From the NCBI RefSeq assembly GCF_009914755.1, contig NC_060939.1: a stretch of 64,000 nt of DNA; one strand, 5' to 3'. This DNA is from the human T2T-CHM13v2.0 reference genome, Homo sapiens. Both the position numbers and the translations under genes were made by a program. Below, piece by piece: positions 44,190 to 55,885 of this stretch (its first letter is position 1; each line of letters starts with the position of its first letter). Below the pieces are notes generated by a model that saw nothing but the letters and a program-made list of their open reading frames with translations, did not search any database and was not told where the DNA came from.

Positions 44190-44410
44190 GTGGTGGGGGC
44201 AGGGCAGAAGAGACAGAGGGATCAGATAGAGCTGGGTTCAAAACTCTGCTCCTCATCTCCTAGCTCTGTGGCGTTGGGCAAGTCACTCAGCTTCTCTGAG
44301 CCTCAGTAGTCTTGTCTGTGAAATGGGATACCCAGTACCTACTTTTCTGTGTTGCTGTCAGTTTTGGTGATCTACTGTGTAAACAAAGGGTGGCACAGTG
44401 ATTGGTGCCT
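44190..44410 (+). mobile_element. MIR
   Basis: ctgggttcaaaactctgctc...ttgggcaagtcactcagcttctctgagcctcag. Confidence 0.75.
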
Positions 44411-45185
44411 CTGCCTAAAGGCTCAAGAAACAAAGTAAGAACTTCTTTCCAAATCTCTGCTTGTCCCTGAATCTGTGTGTAGTGAGACTCACCCTTTCAG
44501 GACCCCGTCTTTCTGGCACCTCTGAGTCCTCTGCTGCTCCCAAACTTCCAGCCTCAGCCTGTCCCATAAGGGAACAGACACAGGGGACAGAGAGCTGCCC
44601 ACCTTCACCTTGAGGGAGCCTGGAGGTCACCTCTTTTGTCCAGCCCTCCCTCTGGGGGTCCTTGCCTCCCTACCCCATCCTTCATCTCAGCCAGCCCAAA
44701 GGGACATCCCAGAGAACAACACAAGCTGGACGGTGCTGGAATTGGTGGGAAAAAAGCCCCACGCCGGTGAGGAATGAGTTCCTGAGGCCTGGGCGCCCCA
44801 CACCCCCTGGGCCCGCCTGCTCCCTGCAGAAGGATCCCTGGTACCTTCTATTTTCCCAGCCAGGAGGCCGGCCAGTTCCCACATTACCACATGAATGGGG
44901 CACAAGCCCCCCTGTCCACTCGAGCAAACAATTTGGCTAGCAAATTGACATAATTACAAGAGACAGCGAGGGAAGAAAAACGCCCCCCACCCCCTTGGCC
45001 CCCCAGCGGATGACTCCCGCCGAGTTCCTCGGGGCTTTGTGGGCCGGGCGCTCAGGGCTGATTAGAAACCTTGTGGCCTTTTCAAGAGCCCTAAGTGATT
45101 GGTCCCTTAATCTGATTACAATTTGCAGAGCCCCTCCAACCACCTCTGAAGGGCTGTTCTCAAGCGCCCCGCTAGACGATGTGCG

Positions 45186-45188
<3 letters not shown>

Positions 45189-45230
<42 letters not shown>
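45189..45230. repeat. (CA)n microsatellite
   Basis: Pure CA run. Confidence 0.97.
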
Positions 45231-45232
<2 letters not shown>

Positions 45233-46119
45233 AGCACCCACTTGGGCCTGCTGGGCGGGGGCTCTGCCATTTTCATTCTCATGCCTCACTCCCTCAGTCA
45301 GGCACCTCAGGCCCCGTTCCCTGTGCCCCAAACCTCAGACACACAAAGGGCCTGACACTGCCCCTAATACATGGGGTTGCCCATCTTTAGAGGGTCCCAC
45401 ACAGATACAACGCCCAGGCCAGGGACATATGTGCACACACACCCCTGTGAGTGCACCTTCTCATCTCCCATCCCTTCTCAGGGTGGCCGCCCCGAGCATC
45501 CAGGGTGAGGCTGCCTGACCCCATCAAGGGCAGCCTCTCTCCCCAGCAGCGGTATTTCTGGGGCTCCTTGGGCCACAGCTCCCACGGGATTAGGCCCAGC
45601 AGGCTGCCTGGACACTGTTCAGGCACAGGCTGCCCAGGGACAGGACTTGGGCTGCTCCCCCCTTGGGAACTCAGCTCACAGGGACTTCAGTCAATGGCCT
45701 CAGCCCTCCACATCCAATTTGTATCTCTTAATCCCTGGGGCTGAGCCACAATGCCTCCTTTTCCTGTACTTGCTGGGGCTCTCATAGGCCCCAGCCTGGC
45801 CTCCCACCCTAAACAGAGCTCCCACTGGGCAGCAGCTCAGGATAGGAGTGGGGTGGGGGACAAAGCAGGGGCCAAGGCAGGAGGGGACAGAAGTGGGGTC
45901 TCTGCCCTTGTTAACTGTTCCACCCTAGAAGATGCAAGTTGGGCATGTGTATGAGGATAGGGAACATGTGTAGGGCCTTCCAGAGTGACCCCCCAGCCTG
46001 CTGTAACCCCATCTGTTGTGCACCTCAGGCTGGAGGCCCTGGGAGGGGTATTGTCTACTTAGGAACCCCATCCTTTTGTCAGGTCATCCTAAATGCCTGG
46101 AGCCTGGAGCCAGAGAGCA

Positions 46120-46320
46120 GGAAACACGGAGTCCAGGTTCAGACACTGGAATCAGAAGGATCTGTGACCTTGACTGAGTGACTTATCCCATCTGGGCCTC
46201 AGTTTTCCCACGTGTAAGATGGGAATGCTGCAGCCTCTCTCTCTCTCAGGGTTGCTGGGAGGCTAAATGAGCTGAGGCACATAAGACCCTCAGCATGGTG
46301 CCCAGCGCAGTCAGTGCTCC
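46120..46320 (+). mobile_element. MIR
   Basis: tgtgaccttgac..gggcctcagttttcccacgtgtaagatggg..ctaaatgag. Confidence 0.72.
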
Positions 46321-46582
46321 CTGCCAGGCTGTGTCAATGTTCACAAGTCAAGAACAAAGAGGGGACTTGAACTACAACCATCAAACACACCGATGGGGCA
46401 GTCTGTGTGTGCACCCCCTGTATCCCTGTGGAGAGAAACTCAGGCTCTGCAGGGCTCTCTAAGGACCTTCACTTTACCAGGAGGAGCTTCTCAGTTGCCC
46501 ACGTTTGTCAGATCTACCTGATCATGTGACCCAGTGCTGGTTTTGGAAAGAGGGGCCTCAACCCAGATCTCTCCCAGGGAGG

Positions 46583-47012
46583 TGAGGCAGGAGAATAGGG
46601 TCCGAAAGCAGGGAACCTAAGGCCGATGCATGCTGACTGGCTATCAGAGGCTACTGACTTTTCAACCCCTCCTTTGTCTGTGTGGCAATTGAAAAATGAA
46701 AGTACCTCTGATTGGTCCCCTCCCACAGCCAATCAGACTGGTCGTGGGCCTACTCTTCCCCTCCAGCAACCAATCAGACTGGTTGTAGGCCACTACTTCA
46801 TTTGCGTAGAGTGAACCAATGGGAAACCTCTAGAGGGTATTTAAACCCCAGAAACTCGTGTAACCCATGCTCTTGAACCACTTGCTCCAGGCTTCTCCCA
46901 CCCTGTGGAGTGTACTTTCGTTTAAGTTAAATCTCTGCTTTTGCTGCCTTGTTTTGTCCAATTCTTTGTTCAAAAAGCCAAGAACCTGGGCAACTACGCT
47001 TAACTGGTAACA
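46583..47012 (+). repeat. 5' LTR (430 bp)
   Basis: TGAGGCAGGAGAATAGGGTC...ACTGGTAACA; CCAAT boxes; TATTTAAA at 46838-46845. Confidence 0.93.
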
Positions 47013-47017
47013 TATGT

Positions 47018-47035
47018 TGGGGAACCAGCCAGGAG
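47018..47035 (+). promoter_or_regulatory. Primer binding site, tRNA-Arg(ACG)-like
   Basis: TGGGGAACCAGCCAGGAG matches 16/18 to TGGCGAGCCAGCCAGGAG, the complement of the tRNA-Arg-ACG 3' end; lies just after the 5' LTR. Confidence 0.75.
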
Positions 47036-47940
47036 GTAAGCCCAAAGTTTAGGATTTATTTTTCTCTTTTTCCTCTTTCTCTCTTCCTTTCCAACTCAGG
47101 ACCCTCAGGAGATAGCGCCTATGCACAGAGGCAACTGCAGGTTTGTGGCCAGGGCTACTCTCTGGTGAAAACAAAAGGTTTCTATGTGGAAGCGCCTACC
47201 CCCAACTGCCCGGCTTGGGTGAGGGACCAAGTCCTTTTCTTTTTCAGTCTTTCAGCGGCCGTTTCCTAGCAGCTCCTTAGTAATTGAGGGCAACTGGCCA
47301 GGACCACTCTCTGGTGTTACCTGAAGGCCAAGGAGTGACCGGTGATAGCTGCCTGCCTGGAAGGGGGAAGGGCTCTTTTCCGTCTTGTCCAGTTATCATC
47401 CCTGAACCCTCCATGTGATGCAGTTGGCAGTGGCAGCCCATCCAGGGTGAACTCATGTTTCAGGCGAGTTAAACCTTGTTTCCTTATGCTAAATTCTTCC
47501 CTTCCCCTACTCAACTGGCTAAGGACAAGTCAGAGGGTTTGCGCAGATGGTTTGTGTGTGTCATGCGGGGGGATTCATAAAAGGGAATTTATGTACAATT
47601 TAATCTTGCCTAAATTTAGAAAGTTAAATAATTGTTTTAAGTGGGATAGGAAAAAATCCAAAGGTTTGACTGAAAATTAATTTCTAGAAATCAAGGCCTT
47701 CATCCAGGGACAAGAGGGAAAGTTCATAGTGGGCCATCAGTGGTGGAGGAAACCATTCCATAGTGGTGTCAGATCTAAGGTCAGAGACGTCCGACAGACT
47801 AAGATGGGGCCCTAAAGAGGGATGTCCCCCAGGACCCCAGTCAGGGCCCAGAATTTTTCCAGGGGGATGACCCGTGTAAAATTTGGGTCACCTAATGGGC
47901 CCTCCACTTTCCAAAGTCCTCTTCTCTTTTCCAGACCACT

Positions 47941-49459
47941 ATAGGCAACTCTCCATCGATTCCACCTGATTCCTCTATGGGCCACTCTCCATCTATTTCA
48001 CCTGGTACCCTGCTTGGCTACATCCTCCACCATTGAAATCAACTTTACCCTGACAATCTAAAGAGAAAATGTATGATTCTTTTTTTCTGCAATACTGTTT
48101 TACCTCATTATGAGCTGCTCAGCCCGGAACAGCGGGTGGTCAATGGTGGCCTTAATTATGACACCATCCTGCAATTAGACCTATTTTGTAAAAGGCAGGG
48201 CACATGGTCAGAAATCCCATATGTACAGGCCTTCATGGCACTATACTGAAACCCAATAATCCCCTCAAAGGAAAGTCCAAAGGCAGAACTAGATATAGAC
48301 AACCCCTTTTTACAAGGGCCACCTATCTCTCAGGGTGACAGAAACCACCCCCATATAGCCCCTTGCCAAGTGCTCCTGAGGCTAAAACCACAACACTGGG
48401 GACCCTACTAAGTCCCCCTCACACTTGGAGAAGAACACCATATTCAACTCTCCCGCCAGCCCTGCTATCCCTTAGGGAAGTAGCAGGAGCTGAGGGGCCA
48501 GTCCTAGTGCAGGCCCCCTTCTCTGTAACTGATATACAACAATGTAAGGAAAAGCAAGGAAGCTATTCCGAGAATCCCAGGAAATTCGCAGATGGGTTCC
48601 AAACTTTGACCTTAGCCTTTGATCTCTCATGGAGAGATGTTCAATTCATTCTAGCAACTTGTTGCACCCCTTTGGAAAAGGAACGAATCTTTGAGGCTGC
48701 CCGCCAGGAAGCAGACAACTTATTTGCCCAAAACCCTCAGGGCAATCACCTGGGCCCAGACACAGTCCCCACTACTGACCCTAATTGGGACTATAACACA
48801 CCTGTGGGAATGAACAACTGGGCTAAATTTCTTGAGGCTCTCCTTGGAGGAATGAAAAAGGGAATAACTAAGGCAGTAAATTATGATAAAGTGAGGTTAC
48901 ACAGAGCAAGGAGGAAAATCCAGCCACATTTTATGGCAGACTGAAGGAAGCCTTTAAAAAATATACTAATCTGGACCCTTCCTCTCCTGAAAGCAAAATA
49001 TCAGTGGCACATTTCATTCACCAATCCACCCCAAACATTAGACATAAGCTCCAAAAGCTACAGATGGGGCCCCAAACTAATCATAATCAGCTTCTTGATA
49101 CCACCTTTATGGTGTATAACCATCGTGATCTGGTGGAAGGAAAAAGGGAACAGAGTAAAAAAAAATAGCAAGCCAAAAGTATGGCAGCCATCATTGGCAA
49201 TGCCCTGAATGCCCAAAAAGCATCCAAGGGAAACCCAAAGGGCCATAAGGATGATGCCAGAAAGGGCTCTTGCTTCAAGTGCAAGAAAACTGGGAAATGG
49301 GCAAAGGACTGTACTACTCCCCCTCCAGGCCCCTGCTGAAAATGTGAGGGCACCAGTTATGACCCCTGGCACTGGAGGATTGATTACCTTTGCTCCCACC
49401 AAGGAGCTTCATCAGGCAAAACTCTAGCTGTGCACAAGGAGGAATCAGATGAAGACTGA
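47941..49459 (+). pseudogene. ERV gag (disrupted)
   Basis: MGxSPS-type N-terminus; LNYDTILQLDLFCKRQG; capsid ENPRKFADGFQTLTLAFDLSWRDVQ and AVNYDKV; zinc knuckle CFKCKKTGKWAKDC at 49271-49312; ends ED*TGA; multiple stops and frameshifts. Confidence 0.9.
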
Positions 49460-52400
49460 AGGGGCCCCAGGTCTTCCTCACTGCCCCTGTCCAGGAATAT
49501 CGTAATTACTACTGAGAAGCCCCCGGTAACTCTGTATGTCATGGGCACCCAAATTCATTTTCTTTTTGATACAAGGGCAGATTACTCTGTTCTTACTGCT
49601 TATACAGGAAAACTTTCTTCCCGGTCCATGAGTGTTATGGGAATGGAAAGAAAGCCATAAAAAAGATTGTTTACTCCTCCTTTGATTTGTCAATTTGAGA
49701 AACAAATCTTCCAACAGGAATTTCTAGTAGTACCAAGATGCCCAGTCCCCCCGTTGGGAAGAGATACTATGGTTAAAATAGGGGCACTACTACAATTTAA
49801 GCATCACCTGGTGAAATTGCTAATAGTAGAAAATACAATGTCCCAGACCACATTAATGAACAGGTTAACTCACTAGTATGGTATGCTGGGAAACTAGGGA
49901 AGGCCAAAACAGCAGTGCCAGTCAAAATATGGCTTAAAGACCCCAGCTATTTTCCCAATTGAAAACAATACGCAATTAAGCTGCAAGCAAGAAAAGGCCT
50001 AGCACCCATAGTTGAGGTATTACTTACCCATGGGCTCTTAAAACCTTGCAATTCTCCCTGCAACAACCCCATCTTAACCGTTCTAAAGCTTTTGGGGAAA
50101 TACAGGGTAGTATAGGTTCTCAGAATAATTAATGAGGCTGTTATCTCTCTCCACCCATTGATGATGGATCTATATACCCTACTGGCTCAGGTACCAGGGG
50201 ATGCAAAATGGTTCTCAGTCCTACACCTAAAAGATGCTTTCTTCTTCATTCCTCTGGTTCCAGAGTCCCAATACCCTTTTGCCTTTGAATGGGAAAATCC
50301 TAATACCAGAGAAAAACACTTGGGCAGTGCTCCCCTAAGGCTTTTGGGATAGCCCCCACTTCTTTGCCCAACCCTTAGAGAGGGATCTGAGGGGTCTGCA
50401 ATTGGAGGATGGGAGTATACTCCAGTATGTGGATCACCTTCTTGTGTATAGCCCAACCCAAGAGGCTTCTGACCAAAATACTATAAAAACCTTACATTTC
50501 CCGGCTGACAGGTCATACAAAGTGTCCAAAAAGAAGGCTCAGATTACTCTCCAACAGGTCCACTGTTTAGGGTACATCTTAACACCTGGAACCTGCAAGT
50601 ATCCCCAGAACGAGTGCAAGCCATATGTGGTTTGGGCCCCTCCACCCCAAGCAGCAGCTTCATTCTTTTTGGGGAATGGCCAGGTTTTGTGGAATATGAG
50701 TACCAAATTTAGGGCTCATAGCAAAGCCCCTGTATGAAGCAACAAGGAGGCCTGAAAATGAGCTAATGGAATGGACCCTGGAAATGAGAGAAGCCTGTGC
50801 CAAGCTAAAATAGGCCCTTACCCAGGCTCCAGCTCTTGGGATCCCAGACCTAACTAAGCCCTTCCCTTGTATGTAGCAGAGACGAATGGCATAGCTGTGG
50901 GAGTGCTAGTCCAGAAATTAGGATCAGAACCCAGACCAAACACCTACTTTTCAAAGAAGTTGGAGAGAGTGGCCTTGGGATGGCCAAGTTGCCTGTGGGT
51001 AACAGCAGCCATTGCTATGTTAGTGGAGGAAGCCACTAAAATCACCCTGAGCCAATCACTGGAAGTTCTAACCCCCCATCAGGTAAAGTCAGTCTTAGAT
51101 ATAAAAGGACACATCTGGGTGATGGGGGAAAGGTTAACCAAATACCAGGCCGTGCTCCTAGACAATCCAGATGTAACCCTTAAAACCTGTAACACTTTGA
51201 ATCCAGCTTCATTGATACCCATAGGCCCAATGACAGATCATTCCTGCGAGCCAGTCATTGCACATGCATATGTTAGCTGGCCTAATTTAAAAGATCAGCC
51301 TCTCCCAGATTCTGAGGACTTGTTCACAGATGGCAGTTCTGTGTCAAATGGGGAACACTGAGCTGTGTATGCAATAGTCAATCACAACACCCTTATCGAA
51401 GCCCAGCCACTGCCCCTTGGCACATCAGCACAAAAGGCTGAAATCATTGCTCTTACCCGAGCATTAATTTTGGGACAAAATAAAAAGCTTAACATCTATA
51501 CAGATTCTAAATATGGCATTCCTTGTGGTTCACGCTTATGCTGCAATCTAGAAAGAAAGGGGACTACTAGCTAGCAAACCCTCCCCCATAAAGCATGGGC
51601 CTGAAATTCTTCAGCTATTGTAAACAATACACCTGCCACAGGCCATAGCTATAATCCATTGTAGGGGGCATCAAAGGGACTTAACTCCTATAGCACAAGG
51701 GAACAGAAAGGTTGATAGAGAAGCCAAAGCCACATCCCTCAGGGTGCAATCCCAACAGATCCTAGCACTGATTCCTTTCTATGATTCCCAGTGGATCCCA
51801 AATACACACTACAGGAAGAACAGTTAATAAAGGAGCAAGTGGGGCAAAAAAAAAAAAAAAAAAAAAAAGATCCTGGTGGTATATGAGATCAAAAATACAT
51901 CTGCCTCAAACAGCCCAATGGAGAATTATAAAAACCCTGGATGACTCCTTCCATATGGGGAGAGATGCCACCCTGGCCATGGTTAACAGGCTCTTCATTG
52001 GGCCTAACTTAACTTCGGTGGTTAAGCAGGCCTGTCAAGCCTGCTCACTGTGTGCACTTAACCCAGGAAACAAAATGCCTCCTCTAATAGAACCAGACCA
52101 GAGGAGAGGAACTTACCCAGGGGAAGACTGGTAATTAGACTTCACCCATATGCCAGCTTGCAGAGGATACAAGTTTTTGTGAGTGCTAATAGATATCTTT
52201 ACTGGTTGGGTCAAAGCTTACCCTACCAGAACAGAGAAGGCTAATGAGGCTATAAAGTTTCCCTTAAAAGAAATAATCCCCCGGTCTGGGTTACCTCAGA
52301 GCCTCCAAAGTGATAATGGCTCATCTTTTATCTCCCAAATAACTCAAGGGGTTGCTAAGGCTCTTGGAATCAAATACTATTTACATTCAGCATGGAGGCC

Positions 52401-52930
52401 TCAATCCTCCAGGAAAGTAGAAATGGCTAACCAAACTCTAAAATGAGTGTTAGCTAAACTATGTCAGGAAACATCAAAAACTTGGGTCAGCTTACTGCCT
52501 ATAGCCCTCTTAAGGATCCGTAATACCCCTAGAGCAAAAATTAATATAACCCCCTATGAAATGTTATATGGAAGGCCATTCTTAACTAGTGATTTAATTA
52601 CTGATCCAGAAACAGCCAGTTTAGCAAGATACCTAGTTAACTTAAGACAATTTCAGCAGGCTTTACAAAAGTTTGGAACTCAAAGGCCCCACCATACCGG
52701 GAACTAACCAGCAACCCAAAATCAGGCTAAGGGATAAGGTACTTGTTAAAACATAGAAGGAGGGATCACCTGCTCAACAATTGCAACCCCAATGGAAGGG
52801 ACCGTTTTTAGTGGTACTGGCTATGCCTTCTATGGTCAAGGTACTAGGATTAGATAGTTGGATACATCTTTCAAGGATCAAGTCTGTGATACCTGAAGCC
52901 AGGGACCAGGAGCCTGAAGTTTCCATCAGA
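49460..52930 (+). pseudogene. ERV pro-pol (protease, RT, RNase H, integrase; disrupted)
   Basis: FLFDTRADYSV (DTG-like) about 49560; LHLKDAFF about 50221; QYVDHLL (YVDD-like) about 50425; FTDGSS, SAQKAEIIALTRAL, NIYTDSKY (RNase H); LQSDNGSSF, SAWRPQSS, WKGPF (integrase). Confidence 0.92.
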
Positions 52931-53429
52931 CAGTCAAAAGACAAGTAAATGCCTACCAACTTTCCTTGGTGTTTTTGTTGCATAGTTACTGTAGGCTGGA
53001 TAATAGCAGCCATGTTCTCAGATTTCTTGCAGTTTAGGTGCTTTCTTTCAAACGATTGGAATCACTTCCTTTGTAGTGACTAAGCAGACTGTTGTAATTC
53101 ATTCCTATAACAAACATTCCTGACAGCATAGGTATCCACCCCCTGAAGTTCCCATTAAATCTTTTAACCAAATTCATTTCCTCTCACCTAGAGACCATCA
53201 AGTTTCAGATGATCCTGTGACAAGGTTTCCAGCCTGTTCCAAATGAAGGCAGCACCCCTGGCCATCAAGAAACTACCCAGTCTCCACTCGATAGATAAAG
53301 GCAGGAGTTCGGGGATCCCCAATAGGTAGGGACTGCACCTCAAGTCAGGGTGACGCAGTTACAGAAGAAAGACCATCAGTCACTCTGTCTCCCATAAAGA
53401 TTTCTGGGGATCATGTCTCTCGGGGGAAA

Positions 53430-53839
53430 TGAGGCAGGAGAATAGGGTCTGGAGGCAGGGAACCTAAGTTCGATGCATGCTGACTGGATATCAGAGGCTA
53501 CTCCCTTTCAACCCCTCCTTTTTCTGCATGGCAGTTGCTGCCTGGCAGTTGGAAATGAAAGTACCTCGGATTGGTTCCCTCCCGCAACCAATCAGACTGG
53601 TTGCGGGCCACTACTTTATGTGCATAGAGTGAACAGATGGGAAACCCCTGGAGGGTATTTAAACCCCAGAAAATCCTGTAGCCCAGGCTCTTGAGCCTCT
53701 TGCTCGAGCCCGCTCCCACCCTGTGGAGTGTACTTTCGTTTAAAATAAATCTCTGCTTTTGCTGCCTTGCTTTGTGCATTTGGTCTAATTCTTTGTTCAA
53801 AATGCCAAGAACTTGGACAACTATCCTCAACTGGTAACA
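53430..53839 (+). repeat. 3' LTR (410 bp)
   Basis: Homologous to the 5' LTR; preceded by the PPT; AATAAA at 53744-53749. Confidence 0.93.
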
Positions 53840-54533
53840 GACGCGGTGGGCATAGGCTCTTAGTGTAGCCTGCACATTGCACAGGAGGGAGTTGGAAGCC
53901 AGCGCTGGCCCCCTCCCCTCCCTGTGCAGCCCCCAGGACCCAGGTCATGTGATCAGGAGGAGGGGTGAGCCCCAGAGCCCTAAAAGCCTGGCTCTGGGTT
54001 GGGCCCAATACTGTTGGCCTGGTGGTGCCTGGGATTGGGGTGGGAGGGGTGGGAGGTGGGCTTCAGGAACCACCCCCCCAGCACCCCTTCGCACCCCGCC
54101 CCCCACGCCACCCTGCACCCTCTCACGCTGCGGGCCCCTCCCAGGCCCTTCATAGGCATATGGGGCTGGGCCAAGCGGCTCTGCTGGGGGAGGGAGGCTG
54201 GGGCTCAGATCAGCTGAAATCAAAGCCACAGCTCCCTCCCCGCCACGCCGCACCCCTGCCGAGCGCCGCGCACCTTCTCCTTTGTCACAATGTTTTTCAA
54301 TCCGGTGAAGCAAACTGTCCAATTAGAGCCAGGGTCTCCGGCTTCCATCTTTGCCGACGTTTAATTAACATGCTCCTCTTGGCAGCTGCTGACAAGTTCC
54401 AGAAACAGGTTGTAAAGGGTTTTTGTCTTTACCCAGCATGGAAAATGAGGGGTGTTACATCGCGGGTACATGAATAGGTTGCATTTCAGATCCCTCCTTC
54501 CCCTCCCCCCTGCACTGGTAAGAGGCATGCAGC

Positions 54534-54534
<1 letters not shown>

Positions 54535-54581
<47 letters not shown>
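54535..54581. repeat. (GT)n microsatellite
   Basis: Pure GT run about 0.9 kb downstream of the RHCG poly(A) site. Confidence 0.97.
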
Positions 54582-54584
<3 letters not shown>

Positions 54585-55439
54585 TGCAAGGGGGCGGGGA
54601 GGGCGGAGTTGGAAGCTGAGAGACCTCCTCCCTTTTCCCTCACCCCTTCTTCCCAGGAGCCTTTGCTCCACAAAAGATCCGGATTCCAAGTCTTATTCTC
54701 CAACTGGCACACTTCTGCCTCACATCTCTTCTAGCCAGTAGCAGACTTCACCGTGTTAATTCCTACCCATGGGTCTGTGCCCATGCTGTTTCTTTGCCAT
54801 CCTTCTGGTAAACTCCTATTCAGCCTCCAGAACCCTGCTCAGGTGGCCCTGCTTTGAGAAGCCAACTGGGTACAGACTTCCTGTCCAGCCACACCTGTCA
54901 GAGTTCAGCATGGATTCTGAGGGTCAGGTCTGTCTCCCAGCTAGACTGTGAGCCCCTGAGGGCAGGAAGGTGTATTACTCTGCCCAGGGTGGTGGTGAGC
55001 CTGGGAGATCTACCCTCCTGAAACCTTACCCCACTGTCCAGGGAAAAGAAGGCTGGCTTGGCAGAGAGAAAGAAGGGAAGGGATGGGGAGGAGGAGATGG
55101 GCCCAAAGGAGCCCTCCCTCCCTTCTCGCAGTCCTGCTGGAGTGCCCAGAGCAGGACCACATGGAGGGCACAACAGAGATGCCAGCTTTCTCAAGGGCTG
55201 AGTTTCTGGAGTAGCTGATGGAGGGGCCTTGAAGCAAGACCCCAGCCCAGAGCTGAGCCCTGCTGGGTGCCCCAGGCTGAAGGCAGGCTCTAGTACCCAA
55301 GTTCTGCCTGTTCAGCCTGCAATGACTTTCCTCGCAGTGTGGGTGGTACCCTTGGATGAAGGTAAGGGCTGGGGCAGAAGCAGGTCTCTTGGGTCCTTTT
55401 CTCCCTCAAACTGGCCCCATTGGAGCATTCACACCATTT

Positions 55440-55885
55440 TACAAAGGACAACAAGAATGTTTATTCCTGGAGGCTGCCACGCACACAACACAGAGAGGTC
55501 TGGGGGACCCAGGGAGCATAGGAGATGCTGGCCGAGGTGCAGGCACGGGGTAGAAGAGCCTCATAGGTGGTGACTGGCAGCTAAGTTGTCTCCTGGGAGA
55601 GCTCAGGTTCACCCACCAGGTCCCAGCCCCACTTTGAGCCTGTTTTTCTCCAATGTGGCCAAGACCCCAGGCAGAGGCAGAACTTCTGCAGCCAGAACCC
55701 GGCTTGGATGCCCACTTTGTAGCTTCTCCTTCTCCATTCTCAGGCAGACCCCCTGGGATGAAGGGGAGGGCAGGGGTGGAGGCACCTTGAGGCCAAGCCA
55801 GCAGGTGGGGGTGCTGCTTGCTCACTCTTGCATCCCTAGCTAGGTCAGCACCAGCTCCTCTGGGCCCCAGGACAGTCTGTGGAGC
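55440..55885 (-). other. RHCG: RHCG exon 11 (3'UTR-only terminal exon)
   Basis: Acceptor tctccctgcAG at 55887-55886; AATAAA at 55465-55460; cleavage site estimated about 20 nt downstream. Confidence 0.85.
55460..55465 (-). terminator. RHCG: RHCG polyadenylation signal AATAAA
   Basis: tttatt on the + strand at the end of the terminal exon. Confidence 0.85.

Larger units (their letters stand above)
46583..53839 (+). mobile_element. Endogenous retrovirus, ERV1/gammaretrovirus-like (HERV-W/HERV9-like gag-pol; MER51-like LTRs), defective, env mostly deleted
   Basis: Two homologous TG...CA LTRs; PBS; PPT gggggaaa at 53422-53429; imperfect 4-bp TSD GAGG/GACG; gag, PR, RT, RNaseH and IN motifs. Family name is by recall only. 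Confidence 0.95.

Noticed and set aside
42243-45911. 18-bp direct match TGGGGTCTCTGCCCTTGT
   Set aside because: One copy lies in L2-derived sequence; plausibly repeat-derived or chance
48363-48944. 193-aa gag capsid ORF as a domesticated gene
   Set aside because: Starts at TTG, frameshifts before the major homology region, and the rest of gag-pol is heavily disrupted
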